Position numbers and translations under genes: made by a program. DNA of 41,116 nucleotides from Candidatus Woesearchaeota archaeon (GTDB taxonomy: Archaea; Nanobdellota; Nanobdellia; Woesearchaeales; GCA-2687795). The DNA lies in NCBI GenBank assembly GCA_030753365.1, contig JASMCJ010000061.1, positions 1-41,116 of the forward strand, in the 5' to 3' direction. The notes below the pieces were generated by a model. That model saw only the letters and a list, made by a program, of their open reading frames with translations. It had not been told where the DNA came from and searched no databases. Below are positions 1-8,479 of this stretch, one piece after another (position 1 is the stretch's first letter; each line of letters opens with the position of its first letter).

Positions 1-157
1 TTCGTAATATGCTCCAGCAACTATCGAGTCAAGACAATAGACCTAAATCAAATAAAAAGGTATGTCACTGAAGCAAAATCATTCATCAATGAAACCGGCA
101 ACGTCATAAGCAGAAACGAACAAATATTTAGTCAGAAAGAATCATTTCATTTATAAA

Positions 158-628
158 ATGTTAGAAACACTAGAAGAAGCAAGAAAAGAACTAATCCGTG
201 TAGACCACTTAGTTTATGTTAGCTTAAAATATACAAGAACTGTGGACATGATTAAGCATGCAATTAAAAGGATCATAAGCTCTTATGATTTCTTAAATGA
301 AGCACTTTTGCTCTACTCCAAGGAAAATAAGAAAATCCTTGAAATACCTTCTACACCGGTCTCAAAAAGAGAAACTCTTATGGATTTATTCAAAGAAGAT
401 GAATTTATAATAAAGAATGTTATGCTTCATACTTGGTTAAGGAAAGTAGACAAAATAGAAAAATCCCAAGCATCCAGAGAATTCAGGAAACATGTAACCA
501 TGACACTTGAAGTTGAAGGAAAAGAAGTTAAAGTAGACATTGAAAAGATTTATGAATACTACAATCTTTTACAGGAATATAATGATTATGTAAACAAGAT
601 GATCATTGGTGAAAAAGAAGAGGAATAA
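158..628 (+). CDS. hypothetical protein (156 aa, helical, charged)
   Basis: Intact ORF in the track, followed 5 nt later by the next ORF. No motif recognised. Confidence 0.5.
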   Translation: MLETLEEARKELIRVDHLVYVSLKYTRTVDMIKHAIKRIISSYDFLNEALLLYSKENKKILEIPSTPVSKRETLMDLFKEDEFIIKNVMLHTWLRKVDKIEKSQASREFRKHVTMTLEVEGKEVKVDIEKIYEYYNLLQEYNDYVNKMIIGEKEEE

Positions 629-633
629 AATAA

Positions 634-1146
634 ATGTCTGAAAGATTAACAAAAAAACTCCTAAAAAAAGGCTGGAAGCATCAGGATATCACTAAGACTT
701 TAAAAATAATTGAAGCAGGAAAACAAAAGAAGCCTAAGCATATCAAACTCCTTGATGCATCAGTTTACTGGATCGCTTTAATTGTTGCAATTATTGGAAA
801 CATAGCAATACTATTTACATTACTACCTCTCTTACTATTCTTAAAAGGTTGGGGATACTACCTTATAATTGGAATCTTAGGCTTCTCTTTCGGTTTACTA
901 TTCGAAATACTAATCAGAGACATAGAAAACCTTGAAACGCATCATCACAGACTAATCAGCTCATTACTACCTGCTGTAACCATCATCAACTTCTTTATAA
1001 TAACCAGAGTCCTCAACAACTTCCTAACCAGGTTTAATCTTAGTCTTCAGGTGCCACTCTTCATGGGAATATTCTACACAGTAATATTCCTTCTGCCATA
1101 CATCCTTTATCACACTGTATACAAGCACAGGCAGCAAAGCTTTTAA
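634..1146 (+). CDS. hypothetical membrane protein (about 4 TM segments)
   Basis: Basic N-terminus followed by several long hydrophobic stretches. Confidence 0.5.
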   Translation: MSERLTKKLLKKGWKHQDITKTLKIIEAGKQKKPKHIKLLDASVYWIALIVAIIGNIAILFTLLPLLLFLKGWGYYLIIGILGFSFGLLFEILIRDIENLETHHHRLISSLLPAVTIINFFIITRVLNNFLTRFNLSLQVPLFMGIFYTVIFLLPYILYHTVYKHRQQSF

Positions 1147-1149
1147 ATA
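1141..1149 (+). promoter_or_regulatory. TATA-box-like element upstream of the tRNA locus
   Basis: TTTTAAATA is centred about 30 nt upstream of position 1175, the canonical archaeal spacing. The genome is AT-rich, so this is weak evidence. Confidence 0.3.
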
Positions 1150-1174
1150 GCAAAGATTTCTTTGGTTTATATAT

Positions 1175-1472
1175 GGCGGTAGTAGTTTAATGGCAACTGG
1201 TTACGCTCAGTTGACACGCAATAATGGGTTTTCAACCCATTGCCGTGGCTCTATTAACTCCTACAAGGCCCCGGAGAAATCAATTTTGTTCATAATCATC
1301 AAATTGGCGGTAGTAGTTTAATGGTAGAATATACGGTTGTGGTCCGTATGAAGGGAGTTCGATTCTCCCCTATCGCCTTTTTCAATTCGTGGGACTTCCG
1401 AACGTAGTGAGGGAGTCGCACAAGGTGTCAACTGACTTTGCAGTTGAGGGAGTTCGATTCTCCCCTATCGCC
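1175..1472 (+). tRNA. putative composite/split tRNA locus: 5' module 1175-1193, UUC anticodon module about 1219-1244, 3' module 1447-1472, enclosing tRNA-His
   Basis: Positions 1175-1193 are identical to the 5' end of tRNA-His and 1447-1478 are identical to its 3' end. A perfect 5-bp/7-nt anticodon arm, ATGGG-TTTTCAA-CCCAT, lies at 1224-1240. A BHB-like fold joins 1244 to 1447. See findings. Confidence 0.3.
1306..1377 (+). tRNA. tRNA-His (anticodon GUG) with genomically encoded G-1
   Basis: Cloverleaf by eye: G-1 at 1306, acceptor GCGGTAG/CTATCGC, anticodon arm TACGG-TTGTGGT-CCGTA (GTG at 1339-1341), T arm GGGAG-TTCGATT-CTCCC, and C73 pairing with G-1. No encoded CCA. A T5 run follows. Confidence 0.9.
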
Positions 1473-1520
1473 TTTTTCTTAACCGCTACCCTTATAAACC
1501 TCTTCCCCATTCTAACCCTC

Positions 1521-2501
1521 ATGATATGCTTAGGAATAGAATCAACAGCCCACACCTTTGGTGTAGGCATAATAACAGAAGAAGGAAAGCCTTTAGCCAA
1601 TGTTAAAGATAGTTACACCTCTGAAAAAGAAGGCATCCATCCAACCAAAGCCAAAGAGCATCACATAGAAGTAGCAGACAAAGTAATAAAAGACGCTCTA
1701 ACAGAAGCAAACCTCACATTAAAAGACATAGACTTAATCTCTTTTAGTCAAGGCCCTGGACTACCACCATGTTTAGTAGTAGGCATGGAAAAAGCCAAAG
1801 AGCTTTCTAAAAAACATAACCTTCCTTTAGTAGGCGTCAACCACTGCATAGCCCATCTAAGCATAGGAGAGCTAACAACAGGCTGCAAAGATCCAGTCCT
1901 ATTATACGTAAGCGGCGCTAACACTCAAATCATAGCTTATGAAGGAAAAAAGTACAGAATCTTCGGTGAAACATTAGACATGGGCATAGGCAACTTCATA
2001 GATTCCTTTGCAAGGTTAATTGGCATAGGCTTCCCTGGCGGCCCTAAGATCCAGGAATTAGCAGAAAAAACAACCAACTACATAGAACTTCCCTACTCCG
2101 TAAAAGGCATGGACATCTCAGTAGGCGGCATCTTCACCAACCTTAAAAACAAAGTAGACAGCAACAACTACTCAAACGAGGAACTCTCATACTCTTTACA
2201 GGAAACAGTCTTTGCAATGCTAACAGAAGTAGCAGAGCGTGCAATGGCCCACTGCCAAAAGAATGAACTTTTGCTAGGCGGCGGAGTAGCCTGCAACACA
2301 AGACTCCAGGAAATGACAAAAATCATGTGCAAAGACAGAAAAGCAGAATGCTTCATCCCCTCAAACGGTGTCCTAACCGACAACGCCTTAATGATAGCCT
2401 GGCAAGGCATCTTAGAAAAGGATAAAGCCTCTAAACACATAGAACAAATTGACATAAAACCTCATTGGAGAACGGATCAAGTCAATGTAAATTGGAAATA
2501 G
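1521..2501 (+). CDS. kae1: tRNA N6-threonylcarbamoyladenosine synthesis protein Kae1 (TsaD/Kae1 family)
   Basis: The N-terminus MICLGIESTAHTFGVGII and the rest of the protein match the Kae1/OSGEP pattern. The track ORF start at 1389 runs through a tRNA fragment. The ATG at 1521 sits about 25 nt after the TATA-like TTATAAA at 1491-1497. Confidence 0.9.
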   Translation: MICLGIESTAHTFGVGIITEEGKPLANVKDSYTSEKEGIHPTKAKEHHIEVADKVIKDALTEANLTLKDIDLISFSQGPGLPPCLVVGMEKAKELSKKHNLPLVGVNHCIAHLSIGELTTGCKDPVLLYVSGANTQIIAYEGKKYRIFGETLDMGIGNFIDSFARLIGIGFPGGPKIQELAEKTTNYIELPYSVKGMDISVGGIFTNLKNKVDSNNYSNEELSYSLQETVFAMLTEVAERAMAHCQKNELLLGGGVACNTRLQEMTKIMCKDRKAECFIPSNGVLTDNALMIAWQGILEKDKASKHIEQIDIKPHWRTDQVNVNWK

Positions 2502-2538
2502 AGCAATATTTCTATCAAAGAATTAAACTATACATCAT

Positions 2539-2706
2539 TTATTTCATGCCATGCGCTTTCTCAAACTTCTTCTCATCATTTGGCGATAACGGCTCAAAAA
2601 TAAGACCGCAATCCTTGCAGATAACCTGCTGCTTTCTGTCGTTATGTATAATGTTTGAGCTGCCGCAATCAGGGCAAGCATTCACTTCATGTATATCTTT
2701 AATCAT
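2539..2706 (-). CDS. small zinc-ribbon protein (55 aa), TFIIB-type N-terminal ribbon-like
   Basis: Hand translation: MIKDIHEVNACPDCGSSNIIHNDRKQQVICKDCGLIFEPLSPNDEKKFEKAHGMK. It has a CxxC-x15-CxxC pattern and is below the ORF-track size cutoff. Confidence 0.55.
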   Translation of the reverse strand: MIKDIHEVNACPDCGSSNIIHNDRKQQVICKDCGLIFEPLSPNDEKKFEKAHGMK

Positions 2707-2790
2707 ATTATGAGCATTATTCTGCTTTATTTATAAAATTTTTGCTCAGATTAAGAAAGGTTTTTAAACTGATAATCAATTATCTAGAAT

Positions 2791-3048
2791 ATGAAAGCAG
2801 TAATAGCAAATTTCAGAAGAGGAAGGCACACACAGACCTGCAACCAGATGATAATCAAGGTTACAGATGTAAATAATAAAGACAAAGCCAAAGAATTAAT
2901 AGGCAAAACAGTAACCTGGAAAAGCCCTGCAGGAAAAGAAATCAAGGGCAAAATCACAAAAGAGCACGGAAACTCAGGTGCTGTGAAAGTTCTATTTGAG
3001 AAAGGCATGCCTGGTCAGAGTATAGGAACTTCTATTGAAATTCAGTGA
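2791..3048 (+). CDS. rpl35ae: 50S ribosomal protein L35Ae (eL33)
   Basis: RRGRHTQ...WKSPAGKEIKGKI...GAVKVLFEKGMPGQSIG is the characteristic L35Ae pattern. Confidence 0.9.
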   Translation: MKAVIANFRRGRHTQTCNQMIIKVTDVNNKDKAKELIGKTVTWKSPAGKEIKGKITKEHGNSGAVKVLFEKGMPGQSIGTSIEIQ

Positions 3049-3049
3049 T

Positions 3050-3802
3050 TCATTCTACATGCACATATTCTCCATGCGTAAAAAATCCCACAGCTTGCTT
3101 TATCCCTGCAACCTTAGAAAACAAATCTCTCTCAAGCGAAACCGTATTCTTATCAAACAAGCTAAAAATCTCAGGCTTAAAAACATAAATGCCAGCATTC
3201 ACAACATTTGAAACGCTCTCCTTTGGCTTCTCCTTAAAATCAACAACCAGGTCACCATCCAGCACAACATTACCATACTCTGCAGTCTTCTCCCTAGTCA
3301 TCAGCCCCAAAGTCATTAACTTATCATTCTCAAGATGCTTCTTAACCATCTTCTTCAACTCAAACTCATTATAAGTATCACCGCTAATAACCACAAAACT
3401 CTTCTTCAGCTTATCCCTAATTGCGCCCAAAGCTTCAGCATTCCCTTTAGCTTCCTTTTCAAAAACCCTAACCTCAATCCCCAATTCCTTAGTCAAATCA
3501 ATCACATCATTAATCAATGGGCTATGCTGTGTAACAATAAACACTTCCTTTATTCCATTACTCTTAAAAAACTCAAGATGTCTTGTAATTAATTCTTTGC
3601 CATTAACATCCTTCAGCAAAACATTATGCTGATCTTTCCTTATAAGAATAACCGCTGTTGTAATACTCTGCTCTCTCAACCCTTTTCCAAGAAACAATTC
3701 AATAGCCTGGCTCCTTGACCTGATAAACGAGCCATCCACTTTACCATCTACATCATCCAGCAAATCCTTATCCATTGAAATAGCAATCTTAACCTTCTTC
3801 AT
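3050..3802 (-). CDS. ribbon-helix-helix domain fused to a sugar-phosphate nucleotidyltransferase-like domain (G-rich loop degenerate)
   Basis: The N-terminal KVKIAISMDKDLLDDVD...RSRSQAIELFL looks like a CopG/NikR-type RHH. The body resembles NTP_transferase (GNAEALG, ISGD, NAGIYVF), but AVILIRKDQHNV replaces the LAGGxGxRL loop. Confidence 0.65.
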   Translation of the reverse strand: MKKVKIAISMDKDLLDDVDGKVDGSFIRSRSQAIELFLGKGLREQSITTAVILIRKDQHNVLLKDVNGKELITRHLEFFKSNGIKEVFIVTQHSPLINDVIDLTKELGIEVRVFEKEAKGNAEALGAIRDKLKKSFVVISGDTYNEFELKKMVKKHLENDKLMTLGLMTREKTAEYGNVVLDGDLVVDFKEKPKESVSNVVNAGIYVFKPEIFSLFDKNTVSLERDLFSKVAGIKQAVGFFTHGEYVHVE

Positions 3803-3891
3803 CAGTATGAATATAGAATACCATCTTTATTTATATTTATCTATTATTTATAAGAAATTTTATAAACAAAACAGGGATAATAACCATTAAA

Positions 3892-5079
3892 ATGAACATT
3901 AACTCTATGCGCAAAATAGACAAATACATAGGCGTGCCTATCTGCTATTTACTCTCAGGAATAAACCTTCTGATAAAACCCTTCAAAAGAAAGCCAAAGA
4001 AAATAGAAAAGGTCCTATTCATACAAATCTCTGAAATGGGAAGCGCTGTCTCAGTTGCCCCTTCAATAATAGAACTAAAAAAAAGGCATCCTAAGGCAGA
4101 AATCCATTATTTAATGTTCAAGGAGATGTCAGAAATAGTTGAAATAATGGGCTTAATAAAAAAGGAAAACATTCATACAATCACTAACAAATCTTTCTTC
4201 GCAATGATCTTAGACGTCTTAAAAGCTACATTCAGCCTAAAAAAGTTTGACGTAATCATCGATTTAGAGCTATTCTCAAGGTTCAGCTCAATTCTATCCT
4301 ACATGATAAGCGCAAAAGACATAATCGGCTTCAACAAATTCCACATGGAAGGGCTATATAGAGGCAATTTCCAGACAAAAAGCATGCTCTACAATCACAC
4401 AAAGCATATCGCCCTCAACTTCTTAGCTTGTGTTCATGCAATTGACCAGCCAAGAACCGAAATTCCTCTGCTAAAAGAGAAATTGGAGCTAAAAGACCTC
4501 TACCCTCCTTTAATCAGCTCTGACAAACTCTCAAAAGATAACATCATAAAGAAAATAAAAGAAATAAACCCAGAATTTGATGAAACCAAAAAACTAATCA
4601 TCCTAAACCCAAACGGAAGCATGCTGCTGCCATTAAGAAGATGGCCTCTAACAAGCTACACAGAGCTTGCAAAGCGGATAATTAAGGATACAAATGCTTA
4701 CATCATCTTAACAGGCATAAAATCCGAAGAAAAAGACACAAAAGTGATAAGCAACACACTAAACAGCAAAAGATGCATAAACCTCACAGGCAAAACAACC
4801 ATAAAAGAGCTCATTGACCTATACAACCTCTCAGATACCTTAATAAGCAATGATTCAGGCCCTCCTAACTTTGCAGCATTAACTAAAATCAAAGTAATCG
4901 TGCTCTTTGGTCCTGAAACCCCAGTATGCTATCTGCCAAGAAGCAGGAACATAACCGTACTCCATTCAGGCTTAATCTGCAGCCCTTGTGTCTCTGCTTA
5001 CAACCACAGGAAATCTCCCTGTAATGACAACAAATGCATGAAATCTATAACAGTTGATGACGTGTATAATCTCCTCTAA
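3892..5079 (+). CDS. glycosyltransferase family 9 (heptosyltransferase-like)
   Basis: C-terminal half pattern: ILNPNGS..RRWP...ILTG...LTGKTTIKELIDLYNLSDTLISNDSGPPNFAA. Confidence 0.7.
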   Translation: MNINSMRKIDKYIGVPICYLLSGINLLIKPFKRKPKKIEKVLFIQISEMGSAVSVAPSIIELKKRHPKAEIHYLMFKEMSEIVEIMGLIKKENIHTITNKSFFAMILDVLKATFSLKKFDVIIDLELFSRFSSILSYMISAKDIIGFNKFHMEGLYRGNFQTKSMLYNHTKHIALNFLACVHAIDQPRTEIPLLKEKLELKDLYPPLISSDKLSKDNIIKKIKEINPEFDETKKLIILNPNGSMLLPLRRWPLTSYTELAKRIIKDTNAYIILTGIKSEEKDTKVISNTLNSKRCINLTGKTTIKELIDLYNLSDTLISNDSGPPNFAALTKIKVIVLFGPETPVCYLPRSRNITVLHSGLICSPCVSAYNHRKSPCNDNKCMKSITVDDVYNLL

Positions 5080-5145
5080 TTTCACTACTTTTAAGAGATA
5101 AAAATAGAAACATTTAAAAAGGGATTTCGCTTTCTTCTATATAAA

Positions 5146-5730
5146 ATGGACACATTAGAACAAATAGCAGAGAAAAGGGAAAAGCTGTATATAGTTCCTA
5201 AGCCAAGGGTTAATTATACCTATTCAGACTCTAGAATTGATAAAGATGCATACTTTGCTGCTAAAAGTAAGGAAGAAAGAGCAAGGGTAAGAGAATCAAT
5301 ATATGATCCTTCCTATGAACTAAGTCCTGTCTATAAAGAATTTATCCCTCCTAAAGGCTTCTCTAAAGGTTCAGTTGAGCAATGTAAGAATCCTAACATA
5401 TACAAAATCACTTATGGAAATAAAACAATCTACAGAGCAATGATTAATGATAAGGCAGTTGCATTTAGTATCGATAAAGAAGGAAACTTTCGTTATGTCA
5501 GCAAAATAATTGATGAAAGTCTTAGAAATCAACAGCACCTTAGAGACATTCTTGTAGAAGGTGATTTAGCTAAAGTAAAAAATTATGTTCAAAGGGAGCG
5601 TAACTTGATACCTGAAAATGATATTCCTTATGATATTTCTACACATAAACCTGAAAAGGAAGAATTCAAGCCAGGATTAGTAAACATTCCTCATTATAGA
5701 ACTAAAGAATATCTTGAAGCAGCAGCATAA
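5146..5730 (+). CDS. hypothetical protein (194 aa)
   Basis: Intact ORF. No motif recognised. Confidence 0.45.
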   Translation: MDTLEQIAEKREKLYIVPKPRVNYTYSDSRIDKDAYFAAKSKEERARVRESIYDPSYELSPVYKEFIPPKGFSKGSVEQCKNPNIYKITYGNKTIYRAMINDKAVAFSIDKEGNFRYVSKIIDESLRNQQHLRDILVEGDLAKVKNYVQRERNLIPENDIPYDISTHKPEKEEFKPGLVNIPHYRTKEYLEAAA

Positions 5731-6387
5731 TCAAACTTCATACTCAAAATAGTCATCCCATGGATTCTCAAGCTTCATCATCTGCTTTATAGTTAATTTC
5801 TCAAAATACTTTCTAAACGGTCTCATAGAATTCCCATGCGCAGAGATAGCAACATTCACCTTTTCCTTCTTCATCTTCTTAAGCAAATCTTTGACAAAAG
5901 AATTAACTCTTTTTTCAACCATCTTAACACTCTCACCATTAGGCGGAGGAATATTATAGCTTCTCCTTATAATCTGAAGCTCTGCCTCTCCAGTCTTTCT
6001 AATAAACTCCTTCCTCTCAGCACCATTCAAATGATCAATCTTATGCCAATGCAATAATGTCTTATACGAATCAGTTCCTTCTCTCTTAACAAACTGCTTA
6101 TGCGACTTTCCCTGCAGCTTCCCATAACTCCTCTCAATCATCCTGTCATCAGTAATAACCTCTTTACACTCAGGATGAAACTTCATCACAAACTTCAATG
6201 TATCCTTAGAACGTGACAGCCTTGAATGATAAGCAACCTGAAACTTTTTACTCTTTAACTTCTTTGCAACCTTCTTAGCATCCCTAATCCCTCTAGAAGT
6301 AAGCTTAGAATCTTTCCATCCTGTAAACCTATGATCTCTATTAAAATAAGTCTGCCCATGCCTGAATAAATAAATATGAAGTTTCAT
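5731..6387 (-). CDS. histidine phosphatase family protein (phosphoglycerate-mutase-like)
   Basis: LFRHGQT (RHG motif) lies near the N-terminus, with SAHGNS later. The likely start is the MKLHIYLFRHG Met at 6387; the track start is 6402. Confidence 0.8.
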   Translation of the reverse strand: MKLHIYLFRHGQTYFNRDHRFTGWKDSKLTSRGIRDAKKVAKKLKSKKFQVAYHSRLSRSKDTLKFVMKFHPECKEVITDDRMIERSYGKLQGKSHKQFVKREGTDSYKTLLHWHKIDHLNGAERKEFIRKTGEAELQIIRRSYNIPPPNGESVKMVEKRVNSFVKDLLKKMKKEKVNVAISAHGNSMRPFRKYFEKLTIKQMMKLENPWDDYFEYEV

Positions 6388-6545
6388 ATAACACAAAATC
6401 ATTTTTTATTAATATAAATCTTTTGTCAGTTCTCAAATGTAGTATCAAAAAGTATATATAGGAGGATATAGAAGAATAGAACTAAATATATGTACTAATC
6501 TAAAAATCGATTAGAAATTAGTTAAAAAAAGGAGGTGTTTAAAGA

Positions 6546-6908
6546 ATGCAGAAAAAAATAGGACATTATTCTTTCGTTGTAGGAGTTGTGTTAGCACTGT
6601 TGTTGGGTTTAGCTTCCCAGTTTTTAGCAGGCACCGGTTTAATCCCTTGGCTAGCTTCTTTATTAGTTGTATGCGGCTTAACTGTGGGATTCTTGAACGT
6701 TACAGGAAAGGAAACAAAAGAATTTTTGGTTGTTTCAACAGTCCTTGTAATTATAGCCGGACTTGGTGGAGCTTCTAGTTCCTTAGCAGGTGTTGAGATT
6801 GTTGGACCATACCTAAGCGGTGTATTCCTTCAGGTACTAGCTTTTATTGTACCAGCAGTTGTTGTTGTTGCACTAAAGGATATCTGGAATCTAACCAAAA
6901 TAAGTTAA
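6546..6908 (+). CDS. small integral membrane protein (120 aa)
   Basis: Preceded by AAGGAGGTG 8 nt upstream of the ATG. The protein is almost entirely hydrophobic. Confidence 0.6.
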   Translation: MQKKIGHYSFVVGVVLALLLGLASQFLAGTGLIPWLASLLVVCGLTVGFLNVTGKETKEFLVVSTVLVIIAGLGGASSSLAGVEIVGPYLSGVFLQVLAFIVPAVVVVALKDIWNLTKIS

Positions 6909-6977
6909 TTTTTTTTCTTTTTTTTTCAAAAGTTATATATCAAAAGTTATATATATATCTAACAACAAAAAAATACT

Positions 6978-7829
6978 ATGGTTCTTGAATCATTACTCAA
7001 CCCTTTAAAAGCTGAAAAAAAGCCCTGGGAAGTTTTCCTTTTAGGATTCTTATATTCTTCAATAGCAGTATTCCTCTCACTATGGATATTTGAGAGATAT
7101 GCAAGCTTAGTGTTGGTATTCCTAACAGTAATCTCTTGCATCCCTCTCATCTATGGCGTTATACGAGCAGAAGAAAAGAAAGATCTCATTATAGAAAAAG
7201 AATCAAAATTATTAAAAGAGCATGGCAAAGCGCTTTTATTCTTCATAGTTCTCTTTTTAGGCATAACATTATCTCTCACCGTATGGTATGTTTTCCTGCC
7301 AACAGATGTCTCCTCAAGATTATTTGAAATACAGCAGCAGACAATACTAGACATAAACAATCAAATCACCGGCAATATCTCCATGCAGGCAAACTTATTC
7401 TTAAAAATCTTCCTTAACAATATGAAAGTAATGACCTTTGCAATATTATTTGCTTTTATTTACGGCTTTGGAGCAATGTTTATCTTAACCTGGAACGCAT
7501 CTGTAATCAGTGTAGCCATCGGCAACTTCATAAGATTCCACCTAAGCAACATAGCGAACACAGTAGGCTTCGTCAGCATAGGCTCTTATTTTCAAATATT
7601 CTCATTAGGAATCTTAAGATACATGGCACATGGCATATTCGAGATTCTGGCATATTTCACTGCAGGCCTTGCAGGAGGCATAATATCTGTAGCAGTAATA
7701 CGGCACGACTTCAGGACAAAGAAGTTTGAGCACATTGTTCTTGACTCAGCAGATTTATTGATAATATCCATCTTTATATTAGTACTAGCAGCGTTTATAG
7801 AAGTCTTTGTAACCCCTTATTTATTCTAA
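6978..7829 (+). CDS. SpoIIM/DUF95-like membrane protein
   Basis: Multi-TM protein with the HGIFEILAYFTAGLAGG segment typical of this family. Confidence 0.6.
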   Translation: MVLESLLNPLKAEKKPWEVFLLGFLYSSIAVFLSLWIFERYASLVLVFLTVISCIPLIYGVIRAEEKKDLIIEKESKLLKEHGKALLFFIVLFLGITLSLTVWYVFLPTDVSSRLFEIQQQTILDINNQITGNISMQANLFLKIFLNNMKVMTFAILFAFIYGFGAMFILTWNASVISVAIGNFIRFHLSNIANTVGFVSIGSYFQIFSLGILRYMAHGIFEILAYFTAGLAGGIISVAVIRHDFRTKKFEHIVLDSADLLIISIFILVLAAFIEVFVTPYLF

Positions 7830-8476
7830 GCATTCATAATTATAAGCTTCCCTGCCCGAGGCTCAAATATTTCTCCCTGCTTGATTAAGCTGTCAATCAC
7901 TTCATCAGTATTATTTTCATTCACTATCCTTAAAACATCATCAAAATTAGCGCCCTCTCCCTTATCAAGCTGCTTAATAGCAGAAAGCACCCTTTCCGCC
8001 ACATCTTCTTTTTTCTCAGACTTTCCTTCTTTAATCTCCTCTATTTCAACATCCTTACTTTTTACATCCTCTCCATCAGACATATTTAATTCAAGCTTCC
8101 TCACCATAATCCATTTTGGGTCACTCAACTCTTTAATAATCTCTGGAATAATATAAGTCTCAGAGCCATACTCTCTTGGCCTGCCAATCAGCAGCACCGC
8201 ACTCCCCACACTTACACCATCTGCACGCGACATATCCTCAAAAATCTTCACAGAAATCCTGCCAGTGCTATCATCCAATGTAAAACTCTTATAACTTGGA
8301 CTCTCTTCAACAGAAATAACAACCCCTATAAGATTTATCCTTGACACTTTAAGGCTATCCGACGTAATTATATAATTCGGCTGCCAGCCTTCATTCTTAA
8401 CATACTTCCCTTCAACAATATCCTTAATCCTAACCTTATATGCAATCTCCCTCTTCTGAAAAGTTTTCTCTTCCAT
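7826..8476 (-). CDS. OB-fold ssDNA-binding protein, RPA32/Stn1-like, with C-terminal winged helix
   Basis: OB-like core (RINLIGVVISVEE..FTLDDSTGRISVKIF) plus a C-terminal wH (IDSLIKQGEIFEPRAGK). The gene lies immediately downstream of mcm. Confidence 0.6.
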   Translation of the reverse strand: MEEKTFQKREIAYKVRIKDIVEGKYVKNEGWQPNYIITSDSLKVSRINLIGVVISVEESPSYKSFTLDDSTGRISVKIFEDMSRADGVSVGSAVLLIGRPREYGSETYIIPEIIKELSDPKWIMVRKLELNMSDGEDVKSKDVEIEEIKEGKSEKKEDVAERVLSAIKQLDKGEGANFDDVLRIVNENNTDEVIDSLIKQGEIFEPRAGKLIIMNA

Positions 8477-8479
8477 TTT

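Noticed and set aside
1219-1245. Alternative BHB (CAAU/AUUG with bulges AAU and CCG) that would excise 1225-1244
   Set aside because: It removes most of the only good anticodon arm, and I could not build any tRNA from the resulting exons. It is kept only as a caveat to the composite-tRNA model.
1207-1301. Possible minus-strand C/D box sRNA (UGAUGA at 1296-1301, CUGA at about 1207-1210)
   Set aside because: There are no internal C'/D' boxes, the roughly 95-nt length is atypical, and the C box lacks the preceding purine. The boxes are probably chance matches.
1389-1520. N-terminal 44-codon extension of the kae1 ORF in the track (MGLPNVVRESHK...)
   Set aside because: It reads through the tRNA 3' fragment (1447-1472). 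Kae1 homologs start at MICLGIE..., and the ATG at 1521 has a TATA-like box about 25 nt upstream.
2465-2713. Plus-strand 82-aa ORF
   Set aside because: The sequence is low-complexity and hydrophobic, and the ORF is antisense to a much more plausible Zn-ribbon ORF.
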